Assembly: GCA_964016885.1 (NCBI GenBank)
Contig: OZ024747.1
Span: 72,106,001-72,170,000, forward strand
Source of the DNA: Eledone cirrhosa
Lineage: Eukaryota
Direction: 5' to 3'
DNA: 64,000 nt
Shown one piece after another: positions 37,948-50,736 of this stretch (its first letter is position 1; each line of letters starts with the position of its first letter). The notes beneath the pieces were generated by a model. The model saw nothing but the letters and a program-made list of their open reading frames with translations. It was not told the origin of the DNA and did not search any database. The position numbers were made by a program, and so were the translations under genes.

Positions 37948-38990
37948 CAGTAGTAACAACTACAAGCAACAACAACATCAGCAACTAACAACAGTACAAC
38001 AATAGCTGTAACTAACAACACAACAGCAGCAACAAATGCAATAACTAACAGCACAACAACAACATTTAATGCAACAATAACAGTAATAACAACTGCAAAC
38101 AACAACAACAACCAAATCAGCAACTAACAACACAACAGCAGCTGCAGCAGCAACTAACAACACAACAGCAGCTGCAGCAGTAACTAACAACACAACAGCA
38201 GCAGCAGCAGTCACTAAAAACACAACAGCAGCAGCAACAGTAGTAACTAACAACACAACAGCAGCAGCAGCAGTCACTAAAAACACAACAGCAGCAGCAA
38301 CAGTAGTAACTAACAACACAACAACAGCTGCAGCAGAAACTAACAATACAACAGCTGCAGCAGCAGTAACTAACAACACAACAACAGCTTCAGCAGCAGT
38401 AACTACCAACACAGCAGCAGTAGCCAACAACACAACAACAACAGCAGCAGCAGTAACTAACAACATAACAACAGCAGCAGCAGTAGCTAACAACACAACA
38501 GCAGCAGCAGCAGTAACTAACAACACAGCAGCAGTAGCTAACAACACAACAGCAGCAGCAGCAGTAACTAACAACACAGCAGCAGCAGTAACTAACAACA
38601 CAGCAGCAGCAGTAACTAACAACATAACAGCAGCAGTAACTAACAACACAGCAGCAGCAGTAACTAACAACACAACAGCAGCAGTAACTAACAACACAGC
38701 AGCAGCAGTAACTAACAACACAACAGCAGCAGTAACTAACAACACAACAGCAGCAGTAACTAACAACACAACAGCAGCAGTAACTAACAACACAGCAGCA
38801 GCAGTAACTAACAACATAACAGCAGCAGTAACTAACAACACAGCAGCAGCAGTAACTAACAACACAACAGCAGTAGTAACTAACAACACAGCAGCAGCAG
38901 TAACTAACAACACAACAGCAGCAGTAACTAACAACACAACAGCAGCAGTAACTAACAATACAACAGCAACTAACTGCATCAACTAACAAC
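37948..38990. repeat. CAG/CAA-derived minisatellite (GCA)n-GTAACTAACAAC-(ACA)n directly after the NEK7 stop
   Basis: Dozens of 21-33-nt units, all multiples of 3 from ~38120 onward. Confidence 0.95.
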
Positions 38991-40297
38991 AGTTTCTAAT
39001 TTAAGTATAAGACCATCAAATTTGCAGGAGAGGAGGGGGGAGTTAGTTACATCAACCCCTAGTATATAACAGGTACTTTATTTTATTGACACCAGAAGGA
39101 TGAAAGGCAAAGTCAACCTTGGCAAGATTTGAACTGAGAACATAAAAACTCAAACAGATGCCTGCAAAGTATTTTGTCATTCAACTAATGATATAACAAT
39201 AGCAACAACATCAGAAGCAGTAGCCATGACAACCACCTCAGTACTTTAAGTCTAAAGCTGGTGCTTATCCTGGTTTCCGTGGCATTAAGCGACTGACAAG
39301 ACTTCCCCACTGGACAAGACGCCCGTCCATGGCAGGGTTAAATCCCCAGCTATTGCTGGTACTCATTTCCAGCTGAGTATACTGTAACAATGTGAAATGA
39401 AATGTTTTTGCTCAAGAACACAACATACCACCCAGTCTGAGAATCAAACCCACAACACCTTTACTACTAGGCCATGCACCTCCACTCACTACCAATAAAG
39501 CTCAACTAATCCATTGCAATATCCAGTAGTTAGTCTCTTGGTAATGGATGATGGCCCTTGAATCTCATATTCTCCCAGTATAAAATATCTCCTATAATAG
39601 CAGTATATCACTAACAAACATTCCGTTATCCACTATCATTCCTACTACTGGTTACAAAATATAGTGAAACCTTGTAAGGCTATTTTACCTTCTCAACTTG
39701 CCACCCTAACATTTTATATATATTTAGTCTTTAAAAAATGTCCTCTCATACCATTATATTTTCTTTCTATTATATCATCATCATCATCATCGTTATTATT
39801 ATTTGGGCTGTGGATTAGCAGTATCTGTAGAGCATTGGACAACATACTTGGCGACAGAGTTATGTCCCTTTACGTTCTGAGTTCAAATCCTGCTGAATCT
39901 TAGCTTAACTGGAGATCAGAATTATTGTCTAAATGTCATCATAATAGGAAATTTCTGTTAGAGGATTTCCACAGACTTGAAAATCCAGATTCATGACAGA
40001 GAACAAGACTTATGGAGTCGTTGTGGACTACAGGTTTGGGGTTCTGTGATTCCCCTTAGAGCATAGCAGTCTAACCAGCAATATTTCTGACTGACATACC
40101 ATGTAACAAATATAAACTAACCTGTCTGCTGCATTATAGACACAACTTCAATGATCATTTATCAAATATATCTTGACTAATAATGCCTTTACTGTATATA
40201 TGTGTGAAACTCTAAATAACAATGGAACAAATCACCAACTCTTTTTCAATATACACACACGTGTATGTGTGTATATTGAGTGCTGTCAACATAATAT

Positions 40298-40716
40298 GTT
40301 CTGCTGGTGATGACTTATGAAAGTGAGTGATGGGCACTCAATACCACCATTGCAGAGAGCACTTGTAAATGGAGAAAATCATGCTCAGTAAAACCTTACA
40401 TGACAGGAAGAGCAACACTGAATTTGACAGCAAACTGGTGTGAAGGACATAATGGAGATCATCAGGAAGGACAAACATAGAGGAGCTGGCCACGTTTCTT
40501 GCCTTAGAGACAACATGTGGACTATTAGAGTGACAGAGTGGACACAGAGGCAGTGGAAAAGAACCAGAGGATGGCCAAAGGCAAGATGCTGCAACAATCT
40601 AACCTGATACCTTGGTCCCACATTGCCCAGTATGGCCAGAGATAGGAAGTGGTGGCGGTCAACCAGGGAAGGGTTCTTCCAATAGGACTGAGAAGGCCCT
40701 GGATTTTGTATTTTGA
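40298..40716 (+). mobile_element. Degenerate RTE-1-like 3' fragment flanked by a ~68-bp direct repeat
   Basis: GVKDIMEIIRKDKHRGAGHV..WTIRVTEW..KRTRGWP..MARDRKWWR. Repeats at 40229-297 and 40717-784. Confidence 0.7.
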
Positions 40717-42113
40717 AAATCACCAACTCTTTCTCTCACACATACATATGTATGTGTGTGTTTTGAATGCTGTCAACATAATATAACTAACTCTCTTTGT
40801 TCTATTAATATATATTTCTTTCTAAACATATATCATTATAATTTTTGTTGGACTATTATGTCTGTTGAATTTGATGCATATACTGTATATACTCATGTAT
40901 AAGCCACACCATTATTTTACATTCAACATTTACAATGTTACTATATATTTTGAATTTAGCTTTGTAGACCCAATAGATAAATTGCATGCTAGATTTTTCA
41001 CATATTTTCATAGTAAAAATAATTTGAATTATATACAAGTATATAAAATCATTGTTGTTGAATCTTTTGCCTGTCACTGTTGGTATATAAAAGCACCCAG
41101 TACATGCCATAAAGTGGTTGGTGTTAGAAAGGTCATCCAGCCATTGAAAGTTTTCCAAACAAGGAGTTGGGAGGACCATTTAGTTGTGTCAAAGACATGA
41201 CAACCTCCCTAGTGCTGGTGATCTACACAATAAAAGCACCCAGCACACTCTGTAAAGTGGTTGGTGTTAAGAAAGGCATCCAGCTGTAGAAGGCTTGCTA
41301 AACAAGGCGTTAGGAGGGCTCTTCAGTTTGTGTCAAAAGACATAACTTCTCTTCTGCACTTGATAAAACATATGACCGTACGTAAGTGAGATGCAGACCT
41401 CCTTGGCCTGTCAGGGAGATCAGTATCCCTGCTTCAGTACTGGTCTATATAGACCTGTCCAACCCTTGCTAGCATGGAAAGCAGACATTAAATGATGATG
41501 TATACACACACAGAGAGAAAACGAACAGTATTTTGTTGTTATTGTTATAATATTTAAAATACTATTAAGCAATAAATGATAGTATTGTTACATTTGAATC
41601 CGTCCAGTCTGCTTGTCAGAAAATATGAAAAAAAAAAGAAACTATATATTTTGTAATCATGGATAGTTTTTTTTTTTTATAAACTTCTAGTCTCTATCTT
41701 CTGAATAATCAACATTTTCTCCCTTTATTTGAAAAATAGGGAAGAATCAATACAAAAGATAATGGCTGTGAAAAAATAAAAAAAAAAGATCATACAAATT
41801 GTCCACTTGTTGTATGCACTTGTTACCACTACAAATGAACTTAATCTCTATATATATGTATAAATCTCTCTCTCTCATATATATAACAAGTAAGTATGTT
41901 TTGAAACAGTGAGTTTCAAATTTCTTTAGTCAAAAAATATGGCGAAAGCTATTTCTAATATATATATATATAATATAGTATAATTATTTTCAACATGGTA
42001 TCATTGCAATGATACCAGGTTGAAAATATACTATAATATAATATTTCAGCTCTGTATAACACATAGAGCACTCTCTTTCCTTTATCTGTTCTACGGAATC
42101 ATTCAATACTACT

Positions 42114-42144
<31 letters not shown>

Positions 42145-43176
42145 ATAAACAATTTGTTAGTCTTGTGTTTATCAAGGAAAATCTTGAAGCAAAAGCATTG
42201 CTCCATGATGTTGTTAAAAGGTTGTATCCCCAAAATGTTCATCATTTTTTTTCTAGTTTTGGGACCAAAGCAATCGTCCCTGCTGATGTGGTTAAATGTT
42301 CATAATTTATTTTTCAATTTTAGGACTAAAGCAATGGTCCATGCTGATTGTTAAGAGGTTGTGCGTCTCAAATTATTAATTATTAATTTTTCAATTTTGA
42401 CACAAAAGCAATAATACTCCTATAGAGATTCAAACCAGCATTAACTTTCACTCAAAAGTTTAGTATCAAAAGGGTTAAATAAGGTGTCCTTCCTTTTTAC
42501 AATGGTAAGAACCCTCACATTGGTGTTGTTGGTTGTTGTTACAACAAGAAAGAGATGAGAATTTTTCAAAAAATGTTACCTGTAATTTATTGTGGTTGAA
42601 AGTTAGTTAACATCTCTTTACCCTAAAACCATTCGTTGCACGTTTGTACTTTTATGAAAACAATATATATCATCAATATACTGCCAGGAGTTGTGATTGG
42701 TAGAAGGTATCAGCAATGGAAATATTGTTTCCTTGGTCCAGTTTGACAAGTACCACTCAGTCAGTGAATGAGGTCTGTGATCTTGTCGATCGATTAAAAA
42801 AATAATAAACTGTGTATTCTAGTTTTTAGAATAAGTGTACCTTGTATATCTAGCAGATTACCTGGCCATAAAATACTGCCTCAAAAAGTCCTATCCAACC
42901 CATGCCAACATGTAAAATTATCTATATATCTAAAACAGAGAATGTCTGTTTGACTCCCTAAAACTTGAGAACCACCCAACTGATTGTTTTCAAACTTTAC
43001 ACATGTAATACTTATTCCCTGTGAGTGTTTTGAGCAAAAGATATTTCAAATTTTCAATGCCCTAGGGATCGCATTAGGCGATTTCTAATTCTCTCTCTAT
43101 AATTCTTAGTCTTTCTTTTTAGATAGATACATAGATATAACGTTGCGCCCTTATAATTACGACATTATGATGCTAT

Positions 43177-43228
43177 ATGTGTGTGTATATATGTATATAT
43201 AGTGTGTGTATATATATGTATATATATA

Positions 43229-43261
<33 letters not shown>

Positions 43262-43288
43262 GTGTGTATATATATATATATATATATA

Positions 43289-43332
<44 letters not shown>

Positions 43333-43412
43333 TGTATATATATATATATATATATAGTGTGTATATATATATATATATATATATAGTGTGTATATATATA
43401 TATATATATATA

Positions 43413-43443
<31 letters not shown>

Positions 43444-43466
43444 GTGTGTATATATATATATATATA

Positions 43467-43504
<38 letters not shown>

Positions 43505-43743
43505 CAGGAAAGAAGGTTTACATGGTTTGCTATACAAAAAAGTTTTTAATCACATAGCTTACATTTGTTTCCCTGAACTGGTATGTCTAGAGATCGCTAT
43601 CCGCCTAATTTTGCGTCACTCGATCGCCAATACAGAATTATAACCAGTCAGATCTTCGGAGCATGCGAATTGGTATTCCACTACCTGGAATACCATAACT
43701 GGACTTCACCTAAGTGGACTGCATTTAACTATTATTTGTTAAT

Positions 43744-43808
<65 letters not shown>

Positions 43809-43838
43809 TGTATATATATATTTATATATATATATATA

Positions 43839-43927
<89 letters not shown>
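43177..43927. repeat. (TA)n-GTG(TG) compound microsatellite arrays (43177-43500, 43746-43927)
   Basis: Directly visible. Confidence 0.95.
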
Positions 43928-43928
<1 letters not shown>

Positions 43929-44140
43929 GGAAGCACATGGCTTAGTGGTTAGAGCATTGGCCTTGCAATCGAAAGGTGAGTTCAATTCTCAGACCGGGTG
44001 ATGTGTTGTGTCCCTGAGCAAGACACTTTATTTCACATTGCTCCAGTTTACTCAGCTGTAGAAATCAATCCAGAATCAGTTCCCGTCCCACCCTTGCAAG
44101 CAGGGAAAAGCGGACGTAAAATGATGATGATGATGATGAT
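43928..44140 (+). mobile_element. tRNA-head SINE ending in the 3' terminus of the RTE LINE (related minus copy 20950-21330)
   Basis: TGGCTTAGTGG...GTTCAATTC head. The tail CCCGTCCCACCCTTGCAAGCAGGGAAAAGCGGACGTAAAATGATGAT is identical to the LINE end at ~36567-36613. Confidence 0.85.
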
Positions 44141-44143
44141 ATA

Positions 44144-44191
<48 letters not shown>

Positions 44192-46957
44192 GTTTTTCGA
44201 AATATTTACTTCTGCTTCACAGTTTGATTTTTTTTTTAGTTTCAGAAGATCCCGTTAAGGGTGAAAGCAGCGATCCTTTGCTTAAACTTTAATCTGTTAT
44301 TTTAATATATATATAATTATATATACATGTACAGATATTTGTGCATACACAATAACAAAATATAAACAAAAGTATTTATTTCGCGATAAAGTATTGATTT
44401 TCTTCACACGGAAAAAACCCTGGTAATCTACGACAAATTTTTTTTATAAGCACAAATTGTAGACACCATCCCGAGGCCGAGGTATTCCGTACTTCTCTGT
44501 ACTCTTTCAGAAAGAAGGGATAAACATGCCAATCTGTTTAGAATCCCGAGCAACGCCGGGCCATTCTGCTAGTATTAACTATATCTAGGACATGAATCCT
44601 CTTGTTATCCAACTAGTGTTTGATTTTAAAATATTTGTATTTTAATTGTGTTAGTGATACTATACCCAGTACATTCTGTAACATTGTTGGTTTCTGAACA
44701 GTAACAACATAGGGTAAAGAGGACTCTTTTAGTCATGTCAAGAACATGACAAACTCTTGAATGCTTGTGTCATGAAAAAAGGTACCCAGTTTGCTCTGTA
44801 AATCAGTTGGTGTTAAGAAGGGCAACCAGCCTTAGAAACAACGCCAGAATATGGAATGTATGAATGAGACATATTCCCCCAACTTATTGAGGACAGTAGG
44901 TAATACAAAACATCTAACCCATGTCTACATAGAAAAAAGACATAAAATGATAATTATGATGGCAGGTTGTGACCTGCAGATCAGCAATGGGAAGACCAGT
45001 GGAAAGATTGGTCCAATTTAATGAGTTCTGCCCCAATCAATACACGAATGATGTCTGGGATTTTGTTGATTGATTGATAATGGCTTTTGTTGAATGAGAT
45101 AATTGATGTGGTTCATAAGTTGTTGCCATATAAGGGCACCACTAACTTCCATCTTCATATAGAATATCTAGAGGAAACCAGCCTAGAGGGGCCTCTATTT
45201 CTAAGCTATACCACAAAAAATGAACCTCCTAAGTAGTCACTAAATCTGTTAAAAATAGCAGCCAAACCTCGCTCAAATTTTGCCACTAATGTCTTAAATG
45301 AATAAAAATAGAAGGCAGAACAGATACTGTGGTAGTCCTAAATACCCCATTAAATATACAGGAAGGTCACAGATGGAATGATGTTGATCACAAAATTCTG
45401 TTCAATCAGAGTTGACCTGGGATGGGGTGAATGAGAATTATAAGCAACAACAAACTCAGAAGTTTGAACTCAACATTTTGAGCTAATGAAACACTTGCAA
45501 CTTTATAGTACTGCTGTTGTATAAAATAGAGAATTGCTCCCTGTTTATGATACCCATTTTATATTTGGGTTTGGTGTTGGTGTAGTGGTATCAGACTATT
45601 TAGGTAGAGCTAAATGTTTTGACCATGAATACAATGCAGTGCCTTTCATAGAATGTCAACCTCTCAACTCTCGGATGTCCATTACCATATTGATTCAACT
45701 ATTTGCTCTCTTTGTCACAGATTGTATCTATCTACCTAAAAACATTCACCTTCTATACCAAAACTATATAATGCAAATTGACAGAGTCAGATAACAAAAA
45801 TATCAGGTAGAATACTTTGCAGGATTCTTTCTGGTTGTCTGCTCTCCAGCTTCAAATCCCACTGTGGTCAATTTTGCCTTTCATCCTTTCGAGATTGATA
45901 ACTAAAATACCAGTCCACAATAGGGCTGATTCTTCCTTTTGCTTCCAGAAAAAATAGAGGAATAATCAGCTGTATTGAAACCTGCAAAGAGATGGGCTTC
46001 GTCAGATTTATATGCCCAAATATACAACCCCCCCCCCTTCTATGATTCTGTCAGGAGTTCAAATCCCATGAATAGATACCAAAAGTACTCTTCCACATTT
46101 TTTTTTAACATCTTAGAAGAGTAGGGACTTACTGGTAGGAAGAAAAGAAGTTATTCTCAAGCAGGTGGCCTGGCCCAAATGTTTACAACAGATTGACTAC
46201 CAGAAAAGGCACCCAAGACTAGTCAATAAATTAAAGCGAGGGTCAGCTGAAAAGTTCATAGGCTGACGAAGGTACCCTGATGGAACGTTTCAGCCTACCC
46301 TTGTAAAATAAGACCAATATATGTTTCAGACTTAATGATCATTATTATTATTATAACATTTTGTTTTTTTTATCGGCATCTTTTTGGCTTTTATTTTATA
46401 TTTTATTTTAATAATGTTTGTTTTGTTTCCTCGCATAAAAAGTGAAATAAAAATCAGGACTTTCCAAAATCAAATTCTTTTCATTGTGTTTTAAATTTCT
46501 TATATTTTTCTTCCCACAGAAAAAAATTGAAAAATAGAAATAATAGTTATTGGAATTTAGACTTGCTGAGGCACCTCCTTCAAAGGAGTTGATTACATTG
46601 ACTTCACTACTTACCATTTAAACTCATGAATTTATCTACTGGACATACAAAAGCTTCTTTCGAAATATATATATATATATACACACACATCATCGTTTAA
46701 CTTCCATTTTCCATACTAACCAAGCTGAGCTGAGCTGGAGAAATCTAAGCTAAGGCAAGACAAGCTAAACTGTACAGAGCTAAGTTGAGCCAAACCAAGC
46801 CTAGTTGGACAGAGTTAACTTAAGCTAAGCCAAACCAAGTCTAGTTGGACAGCTGAGTTGAGCCAAGCCAAGCTGAGCTGTATATATATAACTCCTGGGG
46901 TACTCTATATAATATGTGTACAGTCTTACCTAGTAGCACTATTTTCTGTATGTTGTA

Positions 46958-47608
46958 TCATCATCATCATCAACGTTTAACGTCCGTGTTCCACGCTTAC
47001 ATGGGTTTGGACGGGGGTATTCCCACTTGAGGCAAGAGTGATTGTCTTGCTCGCATAGGACTGTCTGGCAGGTTTTCTACAGTTGGATGCCCTTCCTAAC
47101 ACCAACCACATTTACAGTGTGGGACTGGGAGGTTTTTACCGTGTTGCCTACACGGCCACATTACAGCGTGGACTGTGTGTTTTTTTGTCGTGACACCTAC
47201 ACGATCTCATTTGTTTCGGCCTGGATGTTGTGGCACCAACATAACTTTACATAGGAGGGGGTGGTGCGGATGGGGGTGTGGGTGGTGGGACGGGGGTGTA
47301 TTTTGTTAGAGATGCCTACTGGCTGTAGTAGGTTTTACTATGTATTTAGGTAAGGCGGGTCTTCTCTATTACTGAGTACCGCCAAAGGTCTCGGTCCAGT
47401 GACATTGTCTTGGAGAGGTGTAAGTGTGTGAGGTCGGAGTTTATCAGCTCGTCCCAGGATTTTCTAGGTCTGCCTATTCCGTGGCTACCGTCTATCTTTA
47501 TTGCCCTGCACTTTGTTATACAGCTATCTTTCATGTGCATCACGTGGCCATACCAACGTAGCCTTCTCTCGAGTAAACAACATCTGATCCCTCTTATTTC
47601 TAATTTTA
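46958..47608 (-). mobile_element. RTE 3' fragment with a long 3'UTR (second copy 51929-52480)
   Basis: RRLRWYGHVM..GRPRKSWDE..DRDLWR..KTRLT*, then ~370 nt of UTR and (GAT)n. Confidence 0.8.
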
Positions 47609-48254
47609 TATATATATATATAAAGTCCAGGAAACATCCTAGGTTAGACGGGTCATCCACGCTGGAAGGCATGTCTGGCCAGAGTTGCCCATGGCATACC
47701 CTGCTCCGACTAGGACTGTAAATTTGGCCAAGTATTTTACAGCTGGATGCCTTTCCGAAAACCATTTACAATGTGGAACTGGATGGCTCCATTATGAGGG
47801 ACAGGTCAGTTGACCACGCTAAACCCATCTCACAGCAGAACCATATATATATATGTGTGTGTGAGTTTTGAGGTGAGGAAGAGAGAGAGAATGTGTGTAT
47901 GGATAATTTATTTTCATTAATAAATAGGAATAAATAATTTCAAGTAATATTGCAATTAATTAATTAAACAAATCTTATATTGAAATAAGGTTTCAATGTT
48001 TTATATTTTAAATGTCTGTCTTTCTACTGTCTGTTTCTCTCTCCCTCCCATATATATGTATATGTATATATGTGTGTGTGTGTGTATATATGTATATAAA
48101 TATGTGTGTATATATGTATATAAATATATGTATATATATATTTGTATATTTATTAAAATATTAAGCCCTCTTTGGATTTTACTTTTCACATTTATTATTA
48201 TTACTATATATGTGTGTGTGTGTATATATATATATATGTATATATCTATATAGA

Positions 48255-48670
48255 AAGATTTGAATGGATACAGTTTAGTTGAAAGGAATTTATTGACACG
48301 TGTTTCTATAACAGTTACATAACCTAAAACAGCTATCTACAAACTTTTAGTTATGCAGACATTCAATATTTCAATGTTATTATTTACTGTCATTTCATCA
48401 GAATAATATTACTGAGGACCTATTTAGTTTTTATAGAGAATATTAGGAGGGAGGGGTGAAGTTGTTAGAAGAATAGTTGAAGGAGTGGTTTTTCGATAGC
48501 AGTGAAAATTCTTGGTGGCAGTGAGTAATTAGATTCCCATCTGTTGTTTTGACATTTTTTATAGAATATATTATTGGTTATTTTTCTAAATCTATAGAAG
48601 GATTAGAGATAGTAAAGATATGCGTGGTTGGTTTTGTGTTTGCATTTAATTAACATTTAGACTTAAATTT
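48255..48670 (-). mobile_element. 3' end of a second Penelope-like element with an intact hammerhead
   Basis: C-terminal ..LIKCKHKTNHAYLYYL*, then a UTR, the hammerhead (48291-48405) and an overlapping AATAAA. Confidence 0.6.
48291..48405 (-). ncRNA. Type-I hammerhead motif with an extended stem II
   Basis: Minus strand: tatt-CTGATGA-a-atgacagt...actgttat-a-GAAA-cacgtg-TC-aata (GUC site, palindromic stem III). Confidence 0.65.
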
Positions 48671-48962
48671 TTCTTTCAAGTGTACGTATCCTTTCACCCA
48701 CGCATTCACACACAAATATATTTGCACACCTCTACAAAATACATATACTCACAATTCACATATTCATACTTACATATATATACACATGCATACACATATA
48801 TATACACACATGTATTCATGTACATACATACGCGCTCATGTGTATACATTTTCATACTCAACTTATCTTTATATACACACGTATAGACACACACATATAT
48901 ACATACATACTCTAGTCCATGTGTACACACATACACATACTTACACATCCATATACACATAT

Positions 48963-49017
<55 letters not shown>

Positions 49018-49099
49018 CACACACACATACATACACACACATATACATATATATACATATATAAGCACTTTAATACATGAATACACTTACATCTAACTA

Positions 49100-50605
49100 T
49101 ACACATCAAACATATATATATATTTACTTATTTATATACATTTTCACATATATATACATACTTATGGACGTTTTTAGACACATTCATTATCGCTTATTTG
49201 TACCTATTCTCATCAGCATATCTTTTCATTATTAGTATGGTAATTTAAGGTTATTAATATATGTTGAGAAGAGATTGTTTTTATATTTTTCTAACTAGAT
49301 TAAGGTTTATATAGTTGGGGGATGTCCCTCTTTTATGTAATATTCGGCTTGTAGTGGGAAAAAAGGGTTTTAGTTCTGTGACGGCAGAATAATGTTCGTT
49401 CAATTCTGTTATTCAGCAGTTTCTTCTTGTGTGTGATTATGTAATAAATCTCAAGATTACACAATTTGCAGAAATTTTGGCTCCTGGAAAAGCTTTGGGT
49501 TTTAGCTAATTTTTCCCATTTTAGGGTAAACTTTTGGTCGCTATCCCTGAGCGTCCAAGCTTTTTCTGCTAAAGTTGTTACATTTCTTTGGCTCTGGTGT
49601 TTTATTGAGTAAGAATGCCTATACAATCGAGATTTAAACGATGTTGCCGTTGATCCCACGTAATACCACTCGTTGCCTCCGGATTTAATGGTACACTTAT
49701 AAATAATATTTTTTTCCAGGCAGTTATTGCCGAGGGGGCAGTTGTCAGGATAGGTGCAGTTACAGTTGTGTACGTTGGGTTTTCTCTGGAGTAGTATTGC
49801 GGACGAACTTAGGTGTGGTTTATTTATGTTCTGTAGTGTATTGTCTACTGTTTTTTTTTGTGTTCTTTGTACTTAAGTTCTTAGTGTTTTCGTTTAACCT
49901 TCTAGTATTGATCTTTTTTATGTGTTGTTCAAGGTTTAACGCTGTAGAGTATGACAGTCTTATAGTGGTAGGGTTTAGGATTTTGTGGTATTTGTGTGAT
50001 GTGGGAAAATGTCTTTTAATTATTTTAAAGAAGAGTACTGGTAAATTTGTACTAATGGAGCTATTGTATTCGGGGTTATACCATAAGTACTCTTTGCATC
50101 GCTTTCTATTAGTTTTGTTTGTTGGTTTACTGGTGTGCATACTATGGTAGTAAGTGTGGTTTGGTGTTGTGTTATTATATCTACCTATGTGGGATTTATT
50201 TTGGGTGTTTTGATTGTTCCCATCTATGTACTCTATTTTGTTGAGGTAGCCTGCTTTACTAAGGGCGTTATCGTAGTACTCGGCGTGTTCCTTAAATACT
50301 TGTATGTTAGAAGATAGACCCGAGATTCTAAGGGAAATATTTTTAGGGATAGATTTAATTATAGAGATGGGGTGGTTAGACCCAACATTTACGTATTTGA
50401 GATTTTCATTCAATTTATGAAACGGTTTAATCAAACCAGAGTTTAAATTGAGTGTGACATCCAGGAAGTTAACTACTTTAAGGTTGTATTCATATGTTAT
50501 AGTTAGTCCTATTTCGAGTAGTAGTTTTCTTATATCTTTGCGTAGTTTTTCTAGTTTTTGGTTATTAAGGTTTTTAGCTAGGAGGAGAACATCGTCGCGG
50601 TATAT
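49100..50605 (-). mobile_element. 5'-truncated Penelope-like element (Naiad-like): RT C-terminal half, Cys linker and GIY-YIG endonuclease
   Basis: YRDD, VNFLDVTLNL, YVNVGSNHP, CNC..CPL..CL..IIY..YVGST..FKSR..H, CKLC..E and CRH. One frameshift in an A-run near 49855. Confidence 0.88.
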
Positions 50606-50736
50606 ATATATATATATATAGAGATATATACATATATAGATATATACATATGTATATATCTATATATGTATATATCTATATATGTATATATCTCTATATA
50701 TATATATATAAATATATGTATATATATATGTATATA

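Larger units (their letters stand above)
42921..44572 (+). mobile_element. Non-autonomous Helitron carrying nested repeats
   Basis: 5' end A|TCTATATAT. 3' hairpin CCCG-AGCAACGC-CGGG followed by CTAG|T. Confidence 0.7.

Noticed and set aside
37945-38990. Ciliate-type code (TAA/TAG = Gln) or editing-driven readthrough extending the polyQ tail
   Set aside because: No conserved exon of either gene contains an in-frame TAA or TAG, the RTE ORF ends normally at TAA, three stops are clustered, and the frame shifts soon afterwards.
43157-43985. YI-repeat ORFs here and at 25222-25706, 48700-49100 and 51538-51897
   Set aside because: They are (TA)n and (CA)n microsatellites.
46238-46306. CTGACGA as a hammerhead core
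   Set aside because: There is no properly placed GAAA/UH. It sits within mariner-like TIR remnants.
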